In this document: in pieces, positions 31,877 through 32,000 of the stretch | Layout: the number at the start of each line of letters is the position of its first letter | How positions within the stretch are numbered: position 1 is the stretch's first letter | Source: Candidatus Saccharimonadota bacterium | GTDB taxonomy: Bacteria; Patescibacteriota; Saccharimonadia; Saccharimonadales; UBA4665 | Direction: 5' to 3' | Assembly: GCA_002952755.1 (NCBI GenBank) | Contig: CP025011.1 | Location: 300,001-332,000 of the forward strand | Length of the DNA stretch: 32,000 nucleotides | Made by a program: the position numbers and the translations under genes | Notes under the pieces: model-generated | What the model was told of the DNA's origin: nothing | The model's database searches: none | Seen by the model: the letters and a program-made list of their open reading frames with translations, nothing else

Positions 31877-32000
31877 GATCTCTGCTGGATGAACTGTTAC
31901 TTTTGTTGCACTCACCTGATGAGCGGCTACAATTTTCGCAATGCCTATCCTGCTTATGTTACTATCAAAGCTATAGGGTGGAGGGTGATATGGCACGCCT

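Noticed and set aside
31760-31996. 78-aa minus-strand ORF at the window end
   Set aside because: It spans the degenerate tRNA/terminator repeat and has no SD. It is probably non-coding, and it abuts the window edge so it cannot be judged fully.
1-32000. CRISPR arrays, IS elements/transposases, integrases, rRNA genes
   Set aside because: I saw no regularly spaced direct repeats, no terminal inverted repeats flanking a transposase-like ORF, no tyrosine or serine recombinase motifs, and no rRNA-like sequence on either strand.

Overview
Chromosomal window of about 50% GC from a bacterium that uses the standard genetic code. Most genes have strong GGAGG-type Shine-Dalgarno sites, and TGnTATAAT extended -10 promoters recur. 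I cannot assign a taxon from sequence alone. The gene content is mostly housekeeping and accessory: a MarR regulator, prephenate dehydratase, an ECF-type sigma factor, a DEAD-box helicase, two MFS exporters (one followed by a TetR gene), a flavodoxin-like reductase, a half-size TauE permease, a divergent LUD/HxlR pair, a secreted CHAP amidase, a MOSC protein, an SPFH protein followed by two tandem NUDIX paralogues, and a Crp/Fnr regulator. RNA genes are tRNA-Val(CAC), tRNA-Phe(GAA), tRNA-Gly(GCC) and a tmRNA (ssrA) at 2776-3165; all four encode their CCA end. The ORF track hides the tmRNA behind a spurious 64-aa ORF. Items most worth follow-up: (1) the tmRNA has a 27-codon tag ending in SLV and a non-canonical T-loop. 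(2) An endonuclease-Q-like PHP gene is translationally coupled (TAATG) to a compact UvrD-like helicase. (3) A low-GC islet after tRNA-Phe carries a 2H-phosphoesterase-like gene, an RHH/PIN toxin-antitoxin pair and about 600 nt with no credible ORF. (4) A general-stress-type cluster contains a ChaB gene broken by a 1-nt frameshift in an A-run. (5) A 1.6-kb islet after tRNA-Gly holds orphan genes, is bounded by a degenerate copy of the tRNA 3' end plus terminator, and has twin extended -10 promoters placed exactly 10 nt from SD-less ATGs. (6) Two large orphan genes lie at 27437-29959. I saw no CRISPR array, IS element, integrase or rRNA. All functional calls come from motif recognition by eye, not database searches.
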